This document shows positions 1-11,642 of a stretch of 53,207 nucleotides of DNA, piece by piece. A model generated the notes under the pieces. That model was not told where the DNA came from, did not search any database, and saw only the letters and a program-made list of their open reading frames with translations. The stretch comes from Octopus bimaculoides (Eukaryota), in NCBI RefSeq assembly GCF_001194135.2, contig NC_068987.1, positions 11,769,127 to 11,822,333 on the forward strand, read 5' to 3'. A program made the position numbers and the translations under genes. How positions within the stretch are numbered: the first letter of the stretch is position 1; every line of letters starts with the position of its first letter.

Positions 1-33
<33 letters not shown>

Positions 34-46
34 AAATGCTATGAAC

Positions 47-205
47 TTCTTTCGGTTTCTGTCTACCGAATCCATTCACAAGGCTTTGGTCAGCCTGAGG
101 CTGTGGTAGAAGACACTTGCCCAAAATGCCACGTAGTGGGACTGAACCCAGAACCACGTGGTTGAGAAACAAACTTCTTCTTACCACGCTGCCGTGCCTG
201 CACCC
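47..205 (-). mobile_element. SINE family A 5' half
   Basis: Reverse complement of the 1111-1275 segment. Confidence 0.8.
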
Positions 206-254
206 GTACGTTTACTGTTTAGTGAAATAACCCTTATTTTATTTAAATACTTAC

Positions 255-392
255 TCCCAGTGGTGTGATCCCTTTTCGGTCCTGTATCCCGTGTAGCCGT
301 TTGGCCTCGCTTTAGTTGCCACTTCATTCTACTACCAGTAAGCTGCTGCCAACCACAAAACCCACTTGAAAATGTACACGATTTAAAAGAGT
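255..392 (-). CDS. Exon 32: MAM10 N-part (SFKSCTFSSGFCGW...TGPKRDHTTG)
   Basis: TTTTAG acceptor, GTAAGT donor, 138 nt, phase 1-1. Confidence 0.92.
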
Positions 393-1110
393 CTAAAAGA
401 AAACAAAAAATCAATACCAATAAAAAAACAAAATAACAATAATAATAAAAAATAACAACAACAACAACAATAATAACGAGCATTTTGATTGACAGAAAGC
501 TTAGAGGAGTGAATATCAGAGGCCAGGGGGAAACGTGATGATGGTAGTGAGTTCCAGGGACTAGCACATCGAGATCCCTCTGAAATGCCATCTTGCAATA
601 TCATGGGTGCATGCTCTTACCTCTTAGTTGGGATCCCCCTGATTTTTTGTTCAACAAACATTTATATCGTCGTCGTCATCGTCGTCGTCGTCGTCGTCGT
701 TTAACATCCGTTTTCCATGCTGGCATGGGTTGGACGGTTTGACATGGAGCTGGCCAGTCGAGGAGCTATCCAAACTCCAATGATCTGTTGTGGCATGGTT
801 TCTATGGCTGGATGCCCTTCTTAATGCTCATCACTTTACAGAGTGTGCTGGGTGCTTTTTACGTGCCACCTGCATGAGTACATTTATACAGTACTGGTAC
901 GAGTGCCTTCTATGTGGCACTGGCATTTGAAAGGACAAACCTGTATGTGTGGATCACAGGGATTTTACTTAGCTTGACACCTCTTCTCAGGTACAGCAAA
1001 TCGCCATGACTCCTGGTCCCTTTCCATTTCCTCAATGAGGAATTATAATTCATATAATTATAAATTGTACTTTATATAATTCATATAAGAATAAATAAAT
1101 AATTCACATA

Positions 1111-1506
1111 GGCGCAGGAGTGGCTGTGTGGTAAGTAGCTTGCTTATCAACTACTTGGTTCTGGGTTCAGTCCCATTGCGTGGCACCTTGGGCAAGTGTC
1201 TTCTACTATAACCTTGGGCCGACCAAAGCCATGTGAGTGGATTTGGTTGACGGAAACTGAAAGAAGCCTGTCGTATATATATGTGTGTGTATATGTTTGT
1301 GTGTCTGTGTTTGTCTCCTCAACATTGCTTGACAACCGATGCTGGTGTGTTTACATCCCTGTAACTTAGCAGTTCGGCAAAAGAGACCGATAGAATAAGT
1401 ACTAGGCTTACAAAGAATAAGTCCTGGGGTCGATTTGCTCGACTAAAGGCGGTGCTCCAGCATGGCCACAGTCAAAAGACTGAAACAAGTAAAAGAGTAA
1501 AAGAGA
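1111..1506 (+). mobile_element. tRNA-type SINE family A, full length
   Basis: GGCGCAGGAGTGGCTGTGTGGT head, GGTTCAGTCCC B-box-like motif, internal TA/TG microsatellite, AAAAGAGT tail; many copies in the window. Confidence 0.85.
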
Positions 1507-1507
1507 A

Positions 1508-1689
1508 TACTGTATTTTAACGTTTATAAGGAACCCTCTTTTGTCAAAAATTAGGTAAAAAAAATATGGGAGTTTCTTATACATGGATAATATTATACTC
1601 CCTTACAAAACCTTTTTTCTAAATTTTAAGCCCCCAAAATTAGGGGTTCCTTATACACGAGGGTTCCTTATACACATTAAAATATGGTA
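1508..1689. mobile_element. TA-flanked MITE (pogo/Tigger-like) with about 31-bp TIRs
   Basis: TACTGTATTTTAACGTTTATAAGGAACCCTC versus GAGGGTTCCTTATACACATTAAAATATGGTA. Confidence 0.75.
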
Positions 1690-1727
1690 ATTATAAATTC
1701 ATATAATTATAAAATAAATTATCTCAC

Positions 1728-1808
1728 CTTTCTGAGGAACTGTTGCTGGCTTAGTGGTATATGATCTTTTGACAGTAGTACGAGCAGCAATAGCATTACT
1801 TGGTTTAC
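1728..1808 (-). CDS. Exon 31: Thr/Pro/Lys-rich linker (KPSNAIAARTTVKRSYTTKPATVPQK)
   Basis: TCTCAG acceptor, GTGAGA donor, 81 nt, phase 1-1; composition matches exon 11. Confidence 0.78.
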
Positions 1809-2507
1809 CTGAGAAGGTTTAAGATAATTAGTAAACATATAAAAGTGACAGAAGCAGTATAAATACTGAGAGGTAACATTTATCCCCACGTGGATGTTCT
1901 GTTAGAACAAGCTATACTGCGGTAGATACCACGAGAGGAACTATCATATTGGCTTTTTAGTGCAAAATGCACTCTCCTTTATATTTCTAGAGGGAGGGGA
2001 GATAAAACACTGCTATCCCTAGCACTGGGACCACCAATATCTAGTATTTTAACCCTTTAGCATTCAGATTATTCTGTTAAACATAATGCTTATTTATTCA
2101 AATTGGTTTGCATTAATCCTGCGTTATGTTGCTGTTTTTAGATTTCAGTGATGTACTTACGCCAGGATGGAAGGCAGATGTTAAACAATTCGAAACCAAT
2201 ATTTCACAATAAGGCCAAGAATTACGGGGTATGGATTAAGAGAAGAATAGATGAAATACTAGTTTGAAATTTTGGCACAAGGCTAGGAATTATGGCGAAG
2301 GGGATAAGTCAATTACATCCACTACAGTGCTCTACTGGCACTTTCATTCCCCCTCCACCACGAACAATGAAAAGTAATGTCGATCTTTGCAGAATTTGAA
2401 CTCAGAACACAAAGATGAATGAAATGCCGCTAAACATTTTATCCCATATGTTAACAATACTGCCACCTTGCTGCCTTAAAAATAGATGAAAGATCAAAGG
2501 TACTTAC

Positions 2508-2589
2508 GCGCACAATCATGCATTTTATTAAAATGCGTGTCATCAATTGCCACATAGCTTGCATCGCCAGATTTAACTTCAATTACAAT
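2508..2589 (-). CDS. Exon 30: MAM9 C-part (IVIEVKSGDASYVAIDDTHFNKMHDCA)
   Basis: TTATAG acceptor, GTAAGT donor, 82 nt, phase 0-1. Confidence 0.9.
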
Positions 2590-2676
2590 CTATAAAGATT
2601 AAGTAAAATAAATAATAAGCACATTATTTAGATTATTTATGTTTGACGGATATTTGTCCTCATCTTGTTTGTTGTT

Positions 2677-2722
2677 AACACAATGTTTCGGCTGATAAAC
2701 CCTCCAGCCTTCATCAGGTGTC
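2677..2722 (-). ncRNA. Minimal type-I hammerhead ribozyme, C3-G8 core, stem III one change from palindrome
   Basis: GACAC CTGATGA A GGCTG-GAGGGTTTAT-CAGCC GAA ACAT T GTGTT. Confidence 0.62.
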
Positions 2723-2772
2723 TTGGGGGAAATTTCAAACCTGGGTTCTCATTCCTAAGGTATTTTTCGATG

Positions 2773-2795
2773 TTATCATTATTATTATTATTATA

Positions 2796-2868
<73 letters not shown>

Positions 2869-2869
2869 G
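2773..2869. repeat. (TTA)n microsatellite
   Basis: Direct reading. Confidence 0.95.
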
Positions 2870-3925
2870 TCAAGACGAAGAGCGTGATTCGATTGTATAG
2901 ATATTTTATTCGTTGAACAATATTTCAACAGTACATCTGTCTTTGTCAAGTTCAAAACAAGATATCATTAAAAATTCAAAATTACAGAAATCTAAACGTA
3001 AAGTATGAGCGAGAGTAACCAGTGTCCACACGTTGATGGAATGACATCATCAGTTTTAAAGTTTTATAACAGGCAGAAAGAAAGAAAAAAATAGAAAAAT
3101 GAAGACAACAGGAAAAAAAGGGAAAGATAAAGAGAGAAAGAAGAATATTCAATCAAACAGTTTTGTATAAATTTGATGATATTCTCCTGACATCTTATTC
3201 ATTCCTCCAGGGCGTGATGTTAATAACCCGCAAATATATTTCTCTTCATAATTCTGAGAAGTGAAAGTGGGGTAGATTCAGAATATGTTTTGAGAATATG
3301 CACTTTCAAGTCTTCTTCAAAATTGCAGCTGCTTGAAATGAAATGTTCAGCAGTTCTGTTGAACTACTGTTCTTGTGCCTGACGTCGAATCTGTGCCCAT
3401 TAAACCTTTTGTTTAATTGTTCCATTGTACAACCAACATAAATCAAGTTGTGTTTCATGCATTCTGCAGCGTACACTAAATGGGAATCTTAACATATTCT
3501 CCCTTCTGTATAAATCATAACATTTCTGTTATGATTTCTGATGGTATTCACTTCACTCATGTTGTTGCACAATGAACAGGGCTTACCTCTCTTGTGGCTG
3601 TTCTTTAAGGTAGAGCGTGCAGATACTCCAAAGTTCGTTTTCTTGGAGTCAGATATAGAGGTCAATAATTATCTTATATTCTTATTCTGTTGAAAGGCAA
3701 CAATGGGCGGCTGAGGAAATATCTGTTTGAAACTGGGATATTTTTTCGCCACATGCTGGTAACTTTCATGCAACACTTTTGAAATGCCAGCGAAACATTG
3801 GTGCCAGCTAATCACTAAAGGAATTCTGCCGTCTATTGTATTTTGTTTGCTAAAATTATGCGTTTAGGTTTGACTATTTTTGCTAATCTTAGCTATTTCA
3901 TTTGCTATTTCCTTTAAACATGATT
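2870..3925 (-). mobile_element. Penelope-like retroelement 3' fragment (GIY-YIG endonuclease pseudogene plus 3' region)
   Basis: Minus frame 3925-3149 reads RIPLVISWH...IFPQPPIVAFQQNKNIR*...CSLC...LVYAAECMKHNLIYVGCTMEQLNKRFNGHR...EEKYICGLLTSRPGGMN, with stops and frameshifts. Confidence 0.85.
2913..2955 (-). ncRNA. Minimal type-I hammerhead ribozyme, U3-A8 variant, in the 3' region of the Penelope-like fragment
   Basis: TTGAAC TTGACAA A GACAG-ATGTA-CTGTT GAA ATAT T GTTCAA, then AATAAA; same strand as the GIY-YIG relic. Confidence 0.65.
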
Positions 3926-4333
3926 CAACTGGTACTTGATTTATCAACCCCGAAAGGATGAAAGGCAACATCGACCTCGGCGGAATTTGAACTCAGAACG
4001 TAAGGACAGACAAAATACCGTTAAGTATTTTACCCGGCATGCTAACATTTCTTATTTCTTTATTGCCCACAAGGGGCTAAACATAGAGGGGAAAAACAAG
4101 GACAGACAAATGAATTAAGTCGATTATATCGACCCCAGTGCGTAACTAGTACTTATTTAATCGACCCCGAAAGGATGAAAGGCAAAGTCGACCTCAGCGG
4201 AATTTGAACTCAGAACATAAAGGCAGACGAAATACTGCTAAGTATTTTGCCTGGTGTGCTAACGTTTCTGCCAGCTCATCACCTTATTGCATTTATAAAT
4301 AATAACAGGTGGAGATACAAAGTGAGAACTTAC

Positions 4334-4581
4334 TGAAAATACTTCTGAAGTGTTTGATATGGGAACTTGTGCTTCCTTCCAGTTTCCTTCCTGCTCATCT
4401 GTAAGCTGCCACAAAATACTTGTATTTGATGCCTTCTTGTACACTGTCATTGTGGCTGGAGTCTTTCCATATATATTGTACCATAAATGGAGACAGTTGA
4501 CTGTTGGGTTAAAATCTGTGCTTACTAGTTTAGAAATACTACCAGCTTGACCACTGTTTGGTTTCGCCAAAAGATAGTGAC
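4334..4581 (-). CDS. Exon 29: MAM9 middle (GHYLLAKP...NCLHLWYNIYG...EQEGNWKEAQV...VFS)
   Basis: CAAAG acceptor, GTAAGT donor, 248 nt, phase 1-0. Confidence 0.9.
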
Positions 4582-5166
4582 CTTTGGAAATAACTTCAGA
4601 AAAAAAAAAAAAAACATTAAGTAATTAGTAATTATGTAAAATAACGACTGACATTTCATTTTTGTATTTGGTTCGCAAGACTCTTGATGTGAATTTTTTA
4701 TGTTGAAACAGATTTTTGAAAGTGTCATTACGCCAATAATTTTCCTCTAATTTGGGTTGAAGGCCAGAACTTTTCAAAAGAAGGGTTAGTTGATTACATC
4801 TGTCCTAGTATTTGACAGGTGCTTAACTTCATTGACACCGAATAGATAAAAGGCAACGACGATTTTGACGGGAAATGAACACAGAATGCAAAGAGCAGAA
4901 AGAAATGTCGCTATGCATTTTGTCCAAAGCGGTAAAGATTCTCTCTACTCAATGCTTTTATTATATCAATAATAAACACAAGCATTGGTTCTTTTTCAAT
5001 ATCTTTATTATTCTTTCGTTTTTGTATTTGGTGTGCAAGATTCTTTATGTGAATTCGTGTGTTGAAGCATATTTCATTGTGTCTGGGAGGAGTCATTCCC
5101 TGTTAGTGCCTTATTAATTTAACACATTCACTGGTCAGATTTCCACTCATTTACTTATTTATTTTT

Positions 5167-5205
5167 ACTAAAATTTTCGTTGCGTCTTGCAACCTTTTCA
5201 ATAAT
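5167..5205 (-). ncRNA. Minimal type-I hammerhead-like motif, U3-A8 variant
   Basis: ATTA TTGAAAA G GTTGC-AAGAC-GCAAC GAA AATT T TAGT, then AATAAA; stem I only 4 bp with one G-U. Confidence 0.55.
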
Positions 5206-5366
5206 TGTTGACTCTGTCTCTTATCAGAATTGCATTCTTTTTTGTTTGTTTGTTTGTGCACATGCACGTGCATATACATATATGTATAAATGTATGCATG
5301 TATGTGTGGGTATGAATGTATGTGTGTGTGTGTATGCATATATATATATATATATANNNNNNNNNN

Positions 5367-5475
5367 TAGTACTTATTCTATTGGTCTCTTTTGCTGAACC
5401 ACTAAGTTACGGGGACGTAAACACACCAGCATCAGTTGTCAACTGATGTTGGGGGGGACAAACACAGACACACAG

Positions 5476-5518
<43 letters not shown>

Positions 5519-5742
5519 TATATACGACAGGCTTCTTTCAGTTTCCGTCTATCAAATCCACTCACAAGGCTTTGGTCGGCCCGAGGCTATAGGAGANNNN
5601 NNNNNNCAAATCCACTCACAAGGCTTTGGTCGGCCCGAGGCTATAGGAGAAGACACTTGCGCAAGGTGCCACGCAGTGGGACTGAACCCAGAACCATGTG
5701 GTTGGTAAGCAAGCTACTTACCACACAGCCACTCCTACACCT
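5367..5742 (-). mobile_element. SINE family A, with N gaps
   Basis: Reverse-complement match to 1111-1506. Confidence 0.8.
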
Positions 5743-5827
5743 GTTCTATATTTTTATTGATTGATGTTAAAGGAAGTATATTTTAAGAGAAATACGGTAA
5801 CAAAAGAGTTAATTGGTGCTAACTCAC

Positions 5828-5959
5828 CTTTGATATTTGTGTGGTCCGTGAGAGGGCCTAAAATTTTGGATTTTACATCAGCTTTCTGAATGAGCCAATC
5901 AAAATCATTTTCATCTGACATTTCCCAATCACAAATTCCATTTTCAAAGTTACATGTTC
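5828..5959 (-). CDS. Exon 28: MAM9 N-part (TCNFENGICDW...DFDW...GPLTDHTNIK)
   Basis: TTTCAG acceptor, GTGAGT donor, 132 nt, phase 1-1. Confidence 0.93.
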
Positions 5960-6143
5960 CTGAAATATAATTTTAATTTGAGTGATAAAAAAAGCATCAT
6001 TATATATGTTTTTGGGGTTTGAAGAGTCTATTTCATGATTCTTTCCTTTAGCCAACCCTCATCTGTTTCCATGTTAGGTAAACACACACACACAACAAGA
6101 TTCTTTCAGTTTCCTTCTATCAAATCCACTCACATGGCTTTAA

Positions 6144-6293
6144 ACCATATTAACTCAGTCTTCATTTGAGGACAGTTGTATTTGGTTTATTTACTGCAAT
6201 AAAAGTTAACTGGACACTTATTTATATATGTTTGCTATCCCTATTTATATAACTATCTTCAAAATTTCGACAGTTACCCTAGGTTAAAATGGG
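6144..6293. mobile_element. TTAA-flanked (piggyBac-like) MITE nested in a SINE
   Basis: TTAA|ACCATATTAAC ... GTTAAAATGGG|TTAA, interrupting the SINE consensus ggcttt/ggtcggcc. Confidence 0.55.
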
Positions 6294-6791
6294 TTAATCA
6301 GCCTGAGGCTAAAGTAGGAGACACTTGCCCAAGGTGCCACACAGCAGGACTGAACCTGAAACCATGCTGCACACACAGCCATGCTGCATCCATGTCATAT
6401 AATTCTAATATTTTTATATTATACTCATTCATGCTCAACTCTGATGATTCTATACCACATTCTATGCATGTACTAAATTTCCACATCATACTTACACATT
6501 CAGTTTTTTAGTATGATTTCTATGGATGGAAACTTTCTCATGCCAATTACTTTAAGAATGATCTAGATGCATTTTTCATGTCACCAGCACTAGAGAAGTT
6601 GTCACTAAGAGAATTTGTCATATTTTCAACCCGACTAAAAGATTCAAAACAATGTGAATAAATAAGCATCATCCACCATCTCAAAGCCATGAGATAATGC
6701 ATAATTTATTCAAAACAATGTGAATAAATAAGCATTACATTAGGTAGAGTAATTCTGAATGCTAAAGGGTTAAAAAACAAAAAAACATTAC

Positions 6792-6944
6792 CTTGTTTAT
6801 TACACTGGCCACTGTGAACTGTAAAATCATCAATGGCAATGTCTCCATCGTATTTACCACCAACAATAGCTTGGAAATAAATCTGATATTGCTTATGAGA
6901 ATTTATTTGTATTGATGTTAACTGCCAGTCAGAATTTTGATGCC
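6792..6944 (-). CDS. Exon 27: MAM8 C-part (HQNSDWQL...IYFQAIVGGKYDGDIAIDDFTVHSGQCNKQ)
   Basis: TTCCAG acceptor, GTAATG donor, 153 nt, phase 1-1. Confidence 0.93.
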
Positions 6945-7723
6945 CTGGAAGTGAAAATGAAAAAATAAAATGAAAAACTGAAAGTTCTGTTCAAAAATAT
7001 TACAAAGTATGGAATAAAACAAAAGAAAAAAAGTAAAACAAATGTAATTTAGTTAATAATGCTTTTGTTATTCATTAATGAAATTGTTAACTAACTGAAA
7101 ATATAATTAGTAAAAACTTTGGATTTCTGTTTTTTCTTTTAATATCTCAATTAACCCTAAGGTGATGAGCTAACAGAATTGTTAAACACATCAGGTAAAA
7201 CGTTTAGTAGCATTTTGTCTGTCTTTACATTCTGAGTTCAAATTCTGCTGAGGTCAACTTCGCTTTTCATCCTTTTGGGGTCAATAAAATAAGTACCAGT
7301 TGAGTACTGGGTTGATGTAATTGACCTATCTCCTCCCTCAAAATTGCTGGCCTTGTGCCAAAATTTGAAATCAATATTTGGTGGGATTAGATGTTTGTAT
7401 TTAAAATTAAGGAATAAGAAAAATGATGCACAGAATACATGCATTTAATACACCTTTGTTTATTTATTACAAAAGCTTCAAAATTACTAATCCAAGTGAT
7501 CTTAATCTCAATATATCTGATAGATTAAGAATTAACAAGAATATATTAGCTTAAAATCTGAGAGAACCTGGTGTCATTGTTTTTATTTGATTGTTATTAT
7601 CCCTTTTGATACCAACTCACCTGAGACTAATCTTAGGTCTATGCCAACACAACTAACCTAGTATAGTTATATTTTGGAATAGTAATTATTATGTTCTTTT
7701 GCCAAATAAACACAAGCACTATA

Positions 7724-7754
<31 letters not shown>

Positions 7755-8409
7755 CATCATTATTATTATTATTATTATTATTCAGGTCACTGCTTGGAAT
7801 TGAACTCACAATCTTGGGGTTAGTAACCAGCACTCTTTAACTACTATGCCATATGCCTGTGGGCTATATATTTGTTTTTCAATTCAGCTTTATTACTGTT
7901 CTTATTTTAGTGTCCTTTGTCTTCAAACTTTCACCAGTGATCTTTTCAGTGATTCTTTGGATTAAACAGGAGGATACACATGGTTTGGAGAGTCACTGAA
8001 GAGGTCAAAGGATGTCTAATGAAAGATTTAAGACAAAGGACAATAATAAAGTTAAAGTGAAGAACGAATAGGCAGTGCCTGTGTTTATTTAACAAAATAA
8101 AAAAGAAATATAGCCATCCTTAAGTATAAACAATATCTGTTTCTACACACGATTTCACATCAGAAATCTTACAAAACAAATACATAAACATAACAACTAA
8201 CATAGTATTTTGAAGAAATCTCTACTAAAATCTTCCATCATGATTTCATGTTAATTTATGTTCCAAATACCTGTTTAATGATGGCATAATTATTTTGCTA
8301 AATTCTTCTTCATTTTCAAAATGAATAGAAACAAAGACAGCATATTTCAACAGAAGACTGAAATCAAAAGGTTTAATTCAAGAACAATGAAAGGTAAATT
8401 CCAACTTAC

Positions 8410-8598
8410 CAAATCGATTCCAGAGAAATGTAGAACGATTTCCATTCAAAAGATAGACAGAGAGCATTCCAACATTTCCTTTCATATTGAAGTAGAACTC
8501 AACACATGATGAGGAAGTGTCTTGCTTGATGAGTGGTGAGAAGAGTCGGACTTTGGAATTTGGTTTTGTGTTACTGCCCTCCACAAACATATAATGAC
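8410..8598 (-). CDS. Exon 26: MAM8 middle (GHYMFVEGS...SCVEFYFNMKG...LWNRF)
   Basis: CTGCAG acceptor, GTAAGT donor, 189 nt, phase 1-1. Confidence 0.93.
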
Positions 8599-9037
8599 CT
8601 GCAGTATAAGATAGTACTTTAATCTTAATCTATCTAAGATAAAGAGACAGTTATTTACTGCCCCTGTTGGTGCCATGTAAAAAGCACCCAGTACACTTTG
8701 TAAAGTAGCTGGTGTTAGGAAGGGCTTCCAGCCATAAGAACTATGCCAAAACAAAACTTGCCAGTGTTGGAGCCAGGTAAAAAGCACCCAGTACACTTTG
8801 TAAAGTAGCTGGTGTTAGGAAGGGCATCAAGCCATAAAAAAAACACACGCCAAAACATATTGGAGCTTGGTGCAGTCTTCTGGCTTGCCATCTCCTGCCA
8901 ACCCATCTGACCCATGTCAACATGGAAGACAGACATAAATGGTAATGATGAAGATGATACCAATCCATCTGAAACTGAATAAATAAGCATTATATTTGAC
9001 AAAGTAATCTGCTTGCTAAAGGGTGAAGTCAAAATAC

Positions 9038-9193
9038 CTTTGTTAGACCTGTAAGTGTGGTCAGATGAAGGACCTGTATTGAGGGTTGATGTGCTGCCTT
9101 GATGCCAAATCCAAAGTTTCTTCCCATGGGTATCTTGTTTGAAACCACAAATAGCTTTATTTTCAAAATTACAGGATAACGAGTCACTGAAAT
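9038..9193 (-). CDS. Exon 25: MAM8 N-part (FSDSLSCNFENKAICGF...TGPSSDHTYRSNK)
   Basis: TTGTAG acceptor, GTATTT donor, 156 nt, phase 1-1. Confidence 0.93.
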
Positions 9194-9487
9194 CTACAAA
9201 AAAAAAAAAAAATAAATAAAATAAAAAAAGCAAATATACAAAGCAAAAATCGAAGTTTGAGAAGTAGAGTTATAGTCCATTGGATAACTTACATCATATT
9301 ACTTATATTACAGGTACTAATTTTATTGAACTTGGACAGATGCAGGAATGGCTTTGTGAAATAAGATGTTCACTTCCCAAGTGTATAGTTTCAGGTTCAA
9401 TCCCACACTGAGTGATACCATGAGCAAGTGTCTTCTACTATAGTCCCAGGCCAACCAAAGACTTGTGAGAAACCAAAAGAATCCATC

Positions 9488-9523
<36 letters not shown>

Positions 9524-9619
9524 ACATATATATATATATATTAGTAAGGTGGTTATTCGCAATTTACAACCGAAAGGCATAATAAGTATAGTTGTCATTA
9601 AAATGACCGAGGATGTTAG

Positions 9620-10056
9620 TCAGCACCAGCATTGCTAGAAATAAGAGTCAAAACAACTCTTAGCCAAGTGAGAGCACTTTTCTAATGAATGACAAGGGAG
9701 ACAAGCACCTTATGGCAAGTGGCCAAGCACCTTATGGGAATCATCGATGATTTCAGATTTGATTAATCTTCATCGGTGACCCACTTTTATAATACATAAT
9801 TCTCATTTCACCATTTTCGGAATCAGTCAACGTTTCCTATGATGTTCTCTATAAGACTGACAAGACAAGTCGAGTTTCTAACTCTCAGTGACAGAACAAT
9901 GGGTCATTGACAAAGATTGATCAAATCTGAAATCAGAGTCAATATAACTCCACCTTGCTTGCCATTGGGAGCTTGTCTCCCTTGTCAGTTGTTAGAAAAT
10001 TAATCTCACATGGCTACAAGTTATTTGACTCTTATTTCTAGCAATGCTGGTGCTGA
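9620..10056. mobile_element. Foldback element with about 160-bp imperfect inverted arms
   Basis: TCAGCACCAGCATTGCTAGAAATAAGAGTCAAA... mirrored by ...TTTGACTCTTATTTCTAGCAATGCTGGTGCTGA; central part re-duplicated at about 10120-10270. Confidence 0.85.
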
Positions 10057-10640
10057 ATAGCACCCTCATTCACTTTAGGGATGACTATATTTGTTGCCTT
10101 TTGGTTACAAATTGCGAAGAGCCACCTTAATAATCTATAATTCTCACTCCAACATTTTCGGAATCAGTCAATGTTTCCTAAGGTGTTCTCTGTAAGGCTG
10201 ACAAGGTGAGTCGAGTTTTTAATCCTCAGTAATAGAGTAATGGGTCACTGATGAAGATTAATCAAGATTAATCACCTTGTTGGAATGTTTGTCCTCATCA
10301 CTGTTTTGAACAATTGTGAAGATCCTTTCACAGGAAACTGTTGGTTACCTTGTTAACCCACAAATAAAGTATATATATCAGAGTTAAACATAAAAAGCAT
10401 AATGATTTTCTCTTCACCAAATAGCCTTGCTTGAAGTGTAGGTACTTGTGTCTCCCAATGCCATTTAAACTTACACTGAAAATTTGCAAATTTTACTTCA
10501 TGCCTTCTGCAAACGCAGCCGTCATATATCATGTCAGATTCTGGTCTTTATTTGTTATTAACTTATCAGAATTTATCTTCAGCACAAATAAAACAGAAAC
10601 AAAAAGGAAATGTGGTGACTGAAAAGTGTTGCTTACTTAC

Positions 10641-10722
10641 CATTCTTGCAAGTTCCGTGTGTTATAGAAACATCATCTACAGCTGTAATGCCATAAGAAT
10701 CACTCCGAACTTCAAACACAAC
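10641..10722 (-). CDS. Exon 24: MAM7 C-part (VVFEVRSDSYGITAVDDVSITHGTCKN)
   Basis: TTTAAG acceptor, GTAAGT donor, 82 nt, phase 0-1. Confidence 0.9.
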
Positions 10723-10846
10723 CTTAAAACAAATAAATTGATAAAATTTTGAAATGGAAAACGAATTATTTAACTAACATTTTATTGAAGAGTCTAAAAA
10801 AGAGAGAAAATAGACAGCTTCTGACAATGCAGAAGATTTTATAAAA

Positions 10847-10884
10847 CCTTTATATTTCAAGCACAAAGGCCCATCTTCAGAAGG
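10847..10884 (-). ncRNA. Candidate (possibly decayed) minimal hammerhead motif
   Basis: CCTT CTGAAGA T GGGC-CTTTGT-GCTT GAA ATAT A AAGG; stem II has two G-U pairs. Confidence 0.4.
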
Positions 10885-11490
10885 AAAATCAGTCTAAGAA
10901 AAGTTCAGTTATGTAGGATCTGTTAACCCATTCAAATTACCTAGCGTTTATGTAACATTAGCAGTCATTCTCCAAATGTAGGTGTAATTGATGTTCCACA
11001 TCTTGGTGTAAACAAACACACAAACACTCAGCTGTTGTTATAAGCTATTCACCATTTTATTGTTCAGTTGAATAGATATTGGTTTCATAATTATTAAAGA
11101 AAATTTTAAATCTGTTAACATGAACTGCAAACAGGTCCTTAACAATAATGAACTACCAGAAAAACCACTACATGGTCATTTGATCTACTAAAAATTATAA
11201 CCAAATCTCCCTCAAATTACACCCTACCATCTTATACACAGATTAAAATAGGTAATCATCATCATCTTCATTGGTTAACGTCTGCTTTCCATGCTGGCAT
11301 GGGTTGGACGATTTGATCAAGGACTGGCAAGCCAGGAAGCTGCACCAAGGTTTCTACAGCTAGATGGCCTTCCTAATGCCAACCACTCCAAGAATGTAAT
11401 GGGTTCTTTTTACATGCCACCGGAACAGGGAGCCAATTAGGTGGTACTGGCATCGACCATGCTTGAATGATGTTTTTTATGTGCCACCAG

Positions 11491-11537
<47 letters not shown>

Positions 11538-11642
11538 GTGTGTGTGTATTATATATTTATATGTTTATATATATGTAAATATATATATATATTATAATAA
11601 TAATAATAATAATAATAATGATAATTATATATATTGACTTAC

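Noticed and set aside
1111-1200. tRNA-like A/B boxes in SINE heads
   Set aside because: No complete cloverleaf; these are SINE promoters, not tRNA genes.
5555-5650. Direct repeat of about 45 bp flanking a 10-N gap (similarly 25797-25897 vs 26121-26220)
   Set aside because: Most likely contig-overlap artefacts.
9735-9945. Hammerhead-like cores in the foldback arms (CCGATGA or TTGACAA + AGATT/AATCT stem + GAAA; third copy CTGATGA at about 10250)
   Set aside because: Stem I does not close next to the core in any copy and stem III differs between arms. It is intriguing but does not meet the structural standard.
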